This document shows positions 34,256 through 44,531 of a stretch of DNA of 64,000 bases, in pieces. Origin of the DNA: Elsinoe ampelina. Lineage: Eukaryota. The notes beneath the pieces were generated by a model, which saw only the letters and a list, made by a program, of their open reading frames with translations, did not search any database and was not told the origin of the DNA. The stretch is from positions 1 through 64,000 of the forward strand of contig ML992526.1 in NCBI GenBank assembly GCA_010093995.1, in the 5' to 3' direction. The position numbers were made by a program, and so were the translations under genes. The stretch's first letter is position 1. Every line of letters begins with the position of its first letter.

Positions 34256-36014
34256 ATGGTTTCCTTCAAGGAGGCATTTGCCTTGCCAAAGTCAGAGGTC
34301 GACCAGGCCACCCCTCCTGGTACCTCCCAGTTGATCGGTGAGCGGGAAAACCCTGATCTTGCATCTGTCATGCATTACTAACGCGTCGATACAGACAACG
34401 AGCTTGTCAGAACAGAGACTGGTCACCATGAACACACCGAAAAGCACATTCACCTCCAGCCTGAACCATCGGCGGACCCAGCAGATCCCCTCAACTTTGC
34501 ACAATGGCGCAAGTACGCCATCCTGGCCCTCATGTCCGTCTACGCCTTCATCTCAAACACCCAGTCCGCCATCGTCTCTTCCGCCTTCCCAAAGATGGTG
34601 ACAGCCTGGGCTGTCTTCTCTGAGCGTGGTCCCCCCACAGGCATCGTTCCCTTCCCACGTCTCGTCTATCTCATTTCCGTCAACTCCCTCATGCTCGGCG
34701 CATCCAATTTACTCTGGGTTCCCCTTTCCAACACCTTCGGCCGTCGACCCATCATCCTCGTCTGCCTCCTACTCCTCACAGTCTGCTCCATCTGGGCTGC
34801 CGAGGCCAAGTCCTTCAATTCCCTCCTCGCAGCCCGTGTCTTCACCGGCATGGGAGGCGCCGCGGCCGACACCCTCGCTCCAGACGTCGTAGGCCAGATC
34901 TTCTTCGTCCACGAGCGCGGCCGTTCCATGGCCGTCTACACCATCTTCCTCACTGCCGGTTCCCTCGTCGGCGGTGTCGTCGGCGGCTACATCGCCTACG
35001 GCATCGGCTGGCGCTGGACCATGTGGCTTCACGTCATTCTCGCCGGCGCCGTCTTCCTCGGCTGCTTGTTCTTTCTTCCAGAAACCCTCTTCGACCGCGA
35101 ATCCGCCCTCGCCGCCGCCCACGACGAGACCGGCAACGGCTCCGACATTGAGAAGGAAAAGACCGGGACCATCGAACGCATCAACTCCCAAGTCTTCCCT
35201 CCCTACACCTTCTCCCGCTCCATCGGTTTCATGAAGCCCCGCCCCGGCATCTTCGGCCGCTTCATCACCCCCTTCAAAACCCTCCGCTACCCCGGCACCA
35301 TCATGGTCTGCCTGCACTACGCCGGCCTCGTCGGCCTCATCGTCACAATATCCTCCGTGGGTCCACAAATCCTCGTCGCCCCTCCCTACCTCTGGGGCGC
35401 CAACGCCGGTCTCCTCAACATCGGCGGTCTGGTCGGCGCCATCCTCGGCGCCATCTACACCTACTTCACGGCCGACTGGATCACCAAGCGCGCCGCCCGC
35501 AAGGAGCAGCACGGTTACGCCGAGCCGGAGAAGAGGTTGCCGCTCATGATCCCCGCCTTGGTCATCGCGACGGGGGGCTCGCTCGTGTTTGGGTTCGTGG
35601 CCCAGAACCCGTCCCCGAACGGTTGGGTCGGTCTGAACGCCGGTATGGGCATGGTGGCGTTTGGTCTCATGCAGGTGCCGTCCATCGGGTTCAACTATAT
35701 CATCGAGTCGTACGGCCGTTGGGCGAGTGATTGCTGTGAGTATTCCCCCCTACACCGCTCCCCCTTGACACCTATACATGTGCTGACAACGTCGAATAGT
35801 CCTCATGGTCGTCTCCTTCCGCGCCATCATCTCTTTCGCCTGGACTTTCTTCGTCGGCGAGTGGGTCACCGAAGCTGGCGCCGCGGTCCCGTTCGGCGTC
35901 TTCGCTGCGTTGATGGCCGTGTTTGGTCTTACCGTCGTCCCCGTGTGGTTGTTCGGCAAGAGGATGAGGATCGCGACTGCCGATTGGGTCGGGACGGATA
36001 AGAAGTTTTATTAG
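34256..36014 (+). CDS. Major facilitator superfamily transporter (DHA1/HOL1-like), 3 exons
   Basis: PSADPADPLN, PLSNTFGRRP, FFVHERG, LPETLF and EPEKRLP; about 12 hydrophobic segments; introns 34338-34394 and 35736-35799. Confidence 0.92.
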
Positions 36015-36496
36015 TCTTTGTGTGTTTTTCTGCGAGGCGAGCTGGAAGAGCAGAGTGAAGGAGATGTTAAGAAAGGGATGTCGAGGTGTGTAGATATGGT
36101 CATGGGAATGAGATGTTTACGAGTAAAAGTCGTCTCGTGCCTTCGTGGATGTTATTTCGTGAAAAGTCCACAACTTCGGAGCTGTTGAGATTGAGGGTTC
36201 CTTTGTGTACCGTGGTGTACAGAACATCAGTGCTGAGTAGGTAGAACGTGATCATATTGTTGTACTCGTGGTACTGGTCGCTCGTGCACGCGTCAAGTGA
36301 TCGAGCCGTGAGTGTCGCGTGCTTCGTTGATGTTCGCCGGAGTCATTTCTCTTTAACGGATGCGTGATACATAGACTTGAATTCGAAGTATGCATTCGTC
36401 CCAAATGATGTGTATCTACCGTACAACTCCCTTGCAAAGGACAGACCACCATCCCCCCACATCCTCGCCCTCATGCTACGCTCATATCACCATCTC

Positions 36497-38020
36497 TTAC
36501 CTCCACGGTCTCCATCCCCTGCCGGTCTTCAACCAATACCCTGCAACCCCCAAACTAGCCAGCGTAGTCAATATCGCGAATCCGAAATGCGTCACTAAGA
36601 CATGTTAGTCTACTTCCTTGTGGTCCGTTGTTCATGAAAGTAAGGACTCACAGAAAGCCTGTTCGAAAAACCCAAACCCAGCAGCCAACTGCTTGCTCCG
36701 CTTCTTGATCTTCAACTCTTGGGTAGCTTCCAGGTAGAGTTTCTGCACGACCTTGTTCCGCTCTCCAGTCGATGCGGTGAGTTCCGCGCCTTGTAGCTTG
36801 CCTGCTGAAACAAAAGCTGGCCGTGCAGTGCTGAACATATCCGGGATGTAGCGATCTGATGCGTCGGGTGAGGCGGGCCATCCGAGAGGGAAAGCAGGGC
36901 CGACGAGGACCTCGGCGGGGATGGAGTTGAGGAAGGATGCTTGGGCGGGAATGAATTGCGAGAGGTACTTGCCTGATCCTAGATCGGCAAAGTAGGCTGC
37001 TGTGAGGTAAGACTGACCATTCGAGGTCAGGAAGTCAATGGCGTCGTCGAGAGAGCGGATGCTGTGGATCAGAAGAGCGGGTTGGTCGATCTTGCGATTG
37101 AGAAGCTTGTCGGAACGGCGGGGGATGTCGATGACGGCACCTGTGGACTCTTGCACGATGACGCGGCCGTCATTCTTTTCGAGATCGGAGATCAGAGAGC
37201 GTAGCGAGGCATCTGACTGTTTCCGCTTCTCGAGAGCGCCGTTGCCGAGAGGTGTACTGTCGGTGGAGGCGATGCCGGCGCGGACGAGAGCCTGGAGCAG
37301 ATCTTTCTTGACAAACTCGTTCACAAGGACAAGATCGGGGGCGTGAGGAGATCGTCCACGGAAGGAGAAGCGAGCATTGATAAGAGCACGTGCGGCCGCA
37401 TCGAAATCGGCATTTCGGTCGACCAGTGCAACGGAGAGGGTGGAAGTAGGCGAGGCGATGTGGTTTGAAGGTAGCGACTCAGTGTTCGCCGATGTGACTA
37501 TCGTATGTGGTAGATCAAGCTGTGGTGTAGATGTGGTGAAGACAATGCTGTCATGGTCCAGAGCTGGAGGGATGATCGATTTGAGCAAAGCTGGTAGTGA
37601 TCTTGTCGAGTTCTCGAATTGGAGGACCACCACATTGCCTGCTACTATTGCTGCGACCAGAGGGGCGATTGTGCTGAAGAAGAGATTGTGTGATGCTGGT
37701 TTGATGAGGGCGATACCAGTCCCTAGTCTTCTCGAGGCATCATCTTTGCCCTTTGCTACCGTGTACTCTTGGCTTAGTACCTTCTCGTGGTCTGCAATCT
37801 CAGCGTACCGAGTTCGAAGAGTGTTGAGAGCTAACGAGTACTCGATCTTGGCTTCTGCTGGCGTGAAGCCACTGTCACTGACAATCGCATCTTGAATCTG
37901 TTTCGACTTCTCAACTAATGTGTCCCTGAGTTTCTGGAGCTGGGCATGTTTGTAGAAGATGGTCTGAGCCCGGCCATCAATAGCAGCCGCCTTCAGGGCG
38001 GCGAGTTCTTGTTGCGACAT
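36497..38020 (-). CDS. Aldehyde-dehydrogenase-fold protein (ALDH3/HFD1-like) apparently lacking catalytic residues, with C-terminal membrane anchor, 2 exons
   Basis: PLVAAIVAGNVVV, VDRNAD, APDLVLV and SLDDAIDF; intron 36595-36651 adds the hydrophobic tail FGFAILTTLASLGVAGYW followed by basic residues. Confidence 0.82.
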
Positions 38021-38391
38021 CGTGTGTAGTGTGAAGACGTGTGTGAGAAGTAATGACAATAGCTGCAAATGACAGCTCTCTCCCCATGGGTCGACATGTC
38101 GAGAATAAGGTACAATGGCCACCGTTCCGCGTGCCCCAGAGTCGACTAGGCCGTTGCCTCCTCCACTCCCTCCGGGTCGGTCAGGCTTTGAGGGTAAATC
38201 GGGACAAAGTGGGCCGCCCGCTCCTATCCGGCCTTTGGAGAAGAGGAGCCTTTTTTGTGTCTGGATCCGATGTCACGCTGGCAATTAGAGACCTTAGGTC
38301 AGCGGGTGACTTGGAAGATGTTCTGAATCGACTCGCGACTTCATCCTTGAGAATACACAGCAGTGCGACCCCGCCGACACACACCGCAGCC

Positions 38392-38821
38392 ATGTCTGTC
38401 ACAACAACCCAGAACCCAGCGACGTACAACATCGTCCGAACACTCGCGGACTATGATCTCCACCACAGTGAACCGGTCGAGGGCTCAGCCCAAGGTATTG
38501 CACCTCCAAACCAGCATCCGATCCGCCCTTCAGAAGTAGCGCCAGAGAATTGGGAGACCGAGTACAGAAGAGTGCCGCCGCACCAACCCATAAACAGAGA
38601 CTTGGACTTTGAATTCAGGAATATAACCTTGAATGGAGTGGAGACATTTTTCCTGTACAACATGTTTACGGGAATCCAGATGGTGCAGGTGAGTAGTTAC
38701 AACGTGGAAGAGCAAGGACGGAGACTGACAAAGATGGCAGGCACTGAACCGGACCTGGCGGGCGACTGGAGGTAGATTCAACACCAGCTACTTCCGATGG
38801 CAGGTTGGAGGAGAGCATTAG
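38392..38821 (+). CDS. Small hypothetical protein (about 125 aa), 2 exons
   Basis: gccATG start; intron 38689-38740 (GTGAGT..CTGAC..CAG); ends ...YFRWQVGGEH-stop; divergent from the ALDH-like gene. Confidence 0.7.
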
Positions 38822-38950
38822 TCGAGAAGAAGTACATGCATGTCTATAAATATCGTCATCCCTAGGAGTTCTGGGCTCTAAATACACCTTATACCTCTAT
38901 CTATGTTATCCACCGGTACGCCGAGCAGATCGACTCCACCTATATCTCCC

Positions 38951-39490
38951 TCACAGCTGCTTGATCATGATTTCATCGGTCTGTAGGTCTCCGCCAACAT
39001 CAAAAACGTGATCGCCGACCTTCTCATACCCCATCTTACGGTACACAGCTTGAGCTTTGTGGTTCTCCTCCCACACCCCAAGCCACATGTACTTCTGGCC
39101 CTCTGCTCGAGCAATCTTCTCCAGCTCGATTGACAGGGCTTTTCCGACCCCTTGACCATGATAGTCTGTATGCACATAGAATCTGAGCATTTCCACCCTC
39201 TTGTCGTATGATCGGACACAAGGCTCGTCTGACTCTCGAGCCATGAGGATGAATCCTGCTATCCGACCCGACGGGTCCTCAGCCACTAGCATGAGCTTGG
39301 TAGGATCTTGGATTTCCTTGCCGATGAGCTCTGGAGTGTATGTCTCGTCGAGGAATTTGGCCAATTGTTCGGGAGTGACTGAGTGGCCGAAGGTGATGGA
39401 GAAAACATGTCTTCCGACTTCTGACACTTGTGCTGCGTCTTCGACCTTTGCTTTGCGGACGACTATTGGCGATATTGATGAGGTCGTCAT
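38951..39490 (-). CDS. GNAT-family N-acetyltransferase (PaiA-like), 179 aa
   Basis: RFYVHTDYHGQGVGKAL acetyl-CoA motif and WLGVWEENHKAQAVYRKMGY. Confidence 0.9.
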   Translation of the reverse strand: MTTSSISPIVVRKAKVEDAAQVSEVGRHVFSITFGHSVTPEQLAKFLDETYTPELIGKEIQDPTKLMLVAEDPSGRIAGFILMARESDEPCVRSYDKRVEMLRFYVHTDYHGQGVGKALSIELEKIARAEGQKYMWLGVWEENHKAQAVYRKMGYEKVGDHVFDVGGDLQTDEIMIKQL

Positions 39491-40293
39491 GATGGTGATT
39501 GGCGGAAGACTGCTTGATTACAGGTGATTTGCGCGTCTTACTAGTGGACTGGACAGTCTTTTCGTAGCTGAGATATGAAGTAGTTCGTGATCCAGATATT
39601 GAGAACAACAGACTGCAATTGAAATTGAGATGGAATTAAATGTCGTCCCAGACCTTTTACTCTTATCCTTTATTTGACTATCATGGAATCTTCCAATGCC
39701 ATCTACGAGTCACCACCACAAAGACGTGCGACAGGCAACGTGTGACCGCCAAAGGTATACTCTGGAGCGACGGAGACAGAAAATGTCATCTGGCAGGGCG
39801 TCAATGATTACTGTACTCCGCTTCCAGCTTCTCAGGTCTGGAATAAGGTTGAGGCACGCAGGGTTTTGGTCGGAAAACACGCTGATTTGTGTCTCCCCAT
39901 CGGTAGAGTGACTCGTGGTGTGACATTTAAGCCAAACATGCTTCTGGGACTGGCATCTTTCCCGATGCCCACACTAGTCACTATCTCCCATGTCTTCCAA
40001 AAGCCCAGAATAAGTACCTGTTCACCTTTCCCCTTCCTCACCAACTCAATCCCCCGTCCATCATCACAATGTACCTCCCCGCCGCCCACCGAGGAGGGGA
40101 GGAGGATGGCGGAAATGGTGAGGGTGAAGGGGGAGGAGAAGGCGGCGGTGAAGGCGTAGGGATGGATTATAGGGTAATGGCGTTTGATAGGGATGGGCAC
40201 AAGGAATTGCATCGGGATTGGCATGGCTGGGGAACGCTGAACGATGCATTGACCTATCTACAATTTTGACTCCCGGCACACTATACTGGTTGG

Positions 40294-42120
40294 TCATTTC
40301 GATGGGATGATGGGCAATGTGACGTAGTTGACGAATTTGTCGGAGAAATGAATGTGGTTGACACCGCGGAGCTTCTTCTCGGATCTAATACAAGTTAGTA
40401 CATGTTACCGACGTTGGATCGCTCATTGTGCTTACCGATCAACAGGGTCGTTGTGCTGGAAGATTCCACTTCCTTGAGTATCTCCACTGGCGACCTCGAA
40501 GATGATCTTTCCTCCCTTCTCAACCACTACCTGCGTGGGCCACACCTCCACGTCAACAGTGTATACTTCACCAGGTACGACGGGCAGAACATCAGTGCTG
40601 TAGTAGTCTCTCCATGGCAGGTACTCCCTGTGCTTGTAATGCTGGTCGTTCACCTTGCGCAGGGACACCCTCAGCCATCCCTTGGTGAGCGGCACTGGAT
40701 CACCCGCTGTGCCGGTATAATAAATCTCCTTTCCCTCAGGACTGATGTGGCGCAGTGTCAAGAACAGATCGATATCGCTTGGTGTTGGTCCAGATGGATC
40801 CGGTGTGACTGAAACATTGAGACGAGCAACAATGTTGCCTGTGATTTCCGTCTCCTGCTCGAATGCTGGGGTGGTGAATTGGATCAAGCTTGGATTCTCC
40901 ATCGTACCAAGAGCGCGGTAGCCGAGTTTGGCAGTGCCGCTGGGTTGAGAGGTGGTCAGACCCTTATCGGAGGTGAGGTAGTATTTGGTCCATTGCGTGC
41001 GAGCGATGGGCCACTCGTTTTCTGTCCGGCGAGGGTAGGCCTGCTCTGCTTTGGCGTCGTTAAAGCCCACATCACCCTTGCGGAGAACCATGTCGACCTG
41101 AGGCAGCTTGCCCTTTTGTGACCAGCCTTCGCGGTCTTCGCCTTTGAGGAATGCATCGAGGAAGGAACGCTGAATCTCGACTTCTTCCTTGTAGTAGAAT
41201 GGAAGGTCGTGGCGGCCGGTGATGCATCGAAGGTACTTGAGCTCGCTACCAGCGTTGACGAAGCCTTCAATGTTACCTCTGAGATGGAGCAAGATACCAC
41301 CCCAATTGGCCACAGACAGAAGAGGCACTTTGATATCAGCCATGTCGTATTCCTTGCTAGCATAGTACTCCTGATCGCGGAATTGGTTGTTCAAGTTGTC
41401 GATGTTCTGATCATTACGCTGACCTGCTCGCTCTTCCTCGCTGAGGTCACCCTCGAGCGTGTCTGGTCCCCAGTTGCTAGCCTTGCGACCCGGGCGCCCG
41501 TACTGGTTGGTGATGACTTGGCGGTTCCACCAGAAGCGGATGAAAGCGTTACTCAGAATACCGCCGTGTCGGCAGCGGTCACGGTAATAGTCGCTCATTC
41601 CCTCCCAGGGCACGATCGCTGACAGTCCCTTTGGATTACGGGCAGCGACTCGCCATTGAGATCCGGCGTAGTAAGAAATACCGAGGAGACCGACTTTTCC
41701 GCTTGACCATGGCTGCTCTGCGCACCACTCAACCACATCGAAGAAGCACTCTGACGTGCCTCTCGACATGGTGTCAAGGAGACCGGGCGACTGGCCCAGG
41801 CCACGCTCATCGGCCCTGACTACTGCATAACCATGCTTTGTCCAGAAAGCTGGATCTGGGGTCTCCCATGCTGAATGCTCAGACTTGTGCTCTGGATTCA
41901 CCTCGCTGTAGGACTTGGCGTGGAACTCGCTGTAGGGGATATCCTTGCCGTATGGGCCGTAGGTGACCAGAACAGGCACCTTGGTGTCCGTCTTTGGGCG
42001 ATAGACATTGACTCTCACAGGTCCATCGCCTGATTTGAGAGGTACTGCTGTATTCTGCTCGAAAATGTAGGGGAAAGTTGTCTCGTCGACGGTCCGCAAA
42101 TCGCGAACTTGGTTCGGCAT
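40294..42120 (-). CDS. CocE/NonD-family serine hydrolase (peptidase S15 plus PepX C-terminal domain), 2 exons
   Basis: YGPYGK, ADERGLGQSPG, nucleophile motif GISYYA, HLRG, GWLRVS; intron 40385-40435. Confidence 0.92.
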
Positions 42121-42525
42121 GGTGGGGGACTTCCGCGGAGACTGATTGTGAGCAACTTCTCGTCTTGACTACTACTGATGCTATGCTTGCGGTATAATTG
42201 AATGTAGGGGAGAATTAAGGGAGAGAATATCAACTGAAGAGTTCATGCAAGCTAGAATTGGGCTCGGATCTATTTCCCATGACGAATTGTTGCTCCGTGC
42301 TTGGACCGTTGAATGGTGCTGGTGTCTCTGCAGGTCCCTCCACATCCCGGAGTAGCATCAAGGCATGAGGGGGAGGGGCAATCTCCATACCCTCCTCGGC
42401 TCCGTCAGATGGCAGACGGAAGATGCTTGGGCCGACAAGGCCTCTATCCATATTTCTGTGCGATAGGTACCTCTCGGTCCTCTTCGTCCCGACATCTAGC
42501 ACAGCATTGACGTTAATCGACCACA

Positions 42526-43130
42526 ATGGCACACATTGGCAAGCTTCCTACCTTCCAGCGCTATGTGACTGGTCACAACAGCGAGGGCAAAGCCATTGTC
42601 TCCTCTGATGTTGACTCATCCCCACCATGGCAGACCAACATTGAGGGCGGTCGGGCAGCCTTTTGCCAGGCATACATTACGTCCAGTTTCCCAGTCGACT
42701 TCAATGGTGAGAAGGATGTGGAGACTTACAAGGGGTTCTTGAAGGATCCGCCGGGACTAGTCAACAGCAATGGTACTGTTCTTCGTATTGTAGTGAGTAT
42801 GCCTTCCCGTACATGTCACAACCCAGTCCTGACATCTTGTAGGACATGGGTCCTGGTGTCACATCTCCCATGCACCGGACTGTGTCACTTGACTATGGCG
42901 TAGTCCTGGTTGGAGAGGTGGAGCTACAGCTCGACAGCGGCGAGACTCGCTTGATGAAGACGGGAGATATTTGCGTGCAAAGAGGAACAAACCATGCATG
43001 GCGAAATGCCAGCCAGACTGAGTGGGCAAGGATGATGTATGTGCTGCAGCCGTCGAAGCCCATTGAGATCAATGGCAAGCCTCTTGGGGAGGACCTCAGC
43101 ACTATGGAAGGTGTCAAGTCATCTTCGTAG
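42526..43130 (+). CDS. Cupin-2 domain protein, 2 exons
   Basis: RYVTGHN, PMHRTVSLDYGVVLVGE and GDICVQRGTNHAWRN; intron 42793-42842. Confidence 0.9.
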
Positions 43131-43195
43131 ATATGGAACAAATAAAAGTCGTTTCTCTGATTTCAGATTCACTCGCTATATATACAATCAAATAC

Positions 43196-44071
43196 TCATG
43201 CAGACGCCATTCCTACAGGCTTGCCTTGTTCCCAGCAGCCCAGAGTGAACTGGCTGTTGCACATATTCGACAACTCCCATGTCTCTGCTCCAAGATGTCC
43301 TGGCTGACGATCTGATTCATTACCCGCCGCGCCAGCCACAAAACAAGCTGCCATGAAGTGATCGTCTGTGCCGTGTGCGTCTCTGTACAAAGGATGCTTC
43401 ATCAGACGGCAGACAGCGCGTCTGAGTTGAGGTCCAGTTGTGTTGCAAAAGACATCCTCGACACTTTGTCTGAACTCTAGGAGTGGCTTCTCTGGTGGTA
43501 CCACCTGCGCAAAGTTGTCCCTATACTTGATCATGGGATCCCACACGTTTCGGTAAAGGTTGTGTACAGCTCCTCCGGTGCCGATGAGGAGATATCCTTG
43601 TTCTCGGAGTGGTCGAAGAGCGGCTCCTACTCGCATGTGATAATGTGGGTCGTAAGAAGCATTCATCGAGATGATGGTGGTCGGGGGGCACTTTTCGGGG
43701 AACATTCTGATCAAGATTAAAAACGTATCGTGGATCCAGTCAAAGGTCTTGTTGCTTTGTGCGTCAAATCCAGCATCTTTCAACAGGCCAACACAGGTCT
43801 CTGCAGTAGGCAGATCCGGGACTAGCTCGTAGTGTACGTATTTCGAAGGATGTACATATCCGACTGGTGACTTCTTTGGACTTGGGTTTGCTGATACGTC
43901 GATGCGGTTCTGTCCAGGTGCGTCCCAATGTGCTCCCATGATGACCACACCCTTGATACCATTCTTGAGAGCCTCATCGCCACAGCGCTTCCAGTAATCT
44001 GCGGACTCGGATTCCTCGCCCAGCATCATGGTCGAGCCATGGCTGAAGAAGTGCACTGGCGTGGGAGCCAT
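43196..44071 (-). CDS. LigB/DODA-type extradiol aromatic ring-opening dioxygenase
   Basis: FFSHGS, GAHW, GTGGAVHNL and AHGTDDHF histidine motifs; ATG at 44071 in aacATGG context. Confidence 0.9.
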   Translation of the reverse strand: MAPTPVHFFSHGSTMMLGEESESADYWKRCGDEALKNGIKGVVIMGAHWDAPGQNRIDVSANPSPKKSPVGYVHPSKYVHYELVPDLPTAETCVGLLKDAGFDAQSNKTFDWIHDTFLILIRMFPEKCPPTTIISMNASYDPHYHMRVGAALRPLREQGYLLIGTGGAVHNLYRNVWDPMIKYRDNFAQVVPPEKPLLEFRQSVEDVFCNTTGPQLRRAVCRLMKHPLYRDAHGTDDHFMAACFVAGAAGNESDRQPGHLGAETWELSNMCNSQFTLGCWEQGKPVGMASA

Positions 44072-44531
44072 GTTGATGTCGGGTATGTCGAATGATGCTG
44101 CTGCGGTATTACAGCTAAGGATACACTGGTCAGTACACAGAATGTCAACTGTCAAAGAAAAGGAGCTTTGACAAAGCTGCGACAATATCTTTACCAGCCG
44201 TGATCCTTGCCCAGCCGCACGAGACCTACTTTTCGGGACCCAGGTGGAGAGAGGAGATGTGGTCGCGTCGGAAGGCCGAGGAGCAACTCGTTTTTCCGAA
44301 ATCAAACAAGGTTTCAACGGCTGAGGGGAAGCTTGGTCGACGATGCAGGGTCTCGCCCCATCTGGCTAGGCAATTTACAGGCAATCTAGATCTCGAGTGG
44401 TCCGTGTCTTTGCCAGTCTTTTCACCCCATTTTCTGCTGACCCGAGGCCTTTCTGCCCACTTCATTCCGTCCGTCCTCCACCTCTCGCTCGCCCACTTGC
44501 CCTTCAGCACTGGGAAGGCGAGCGTATACCG

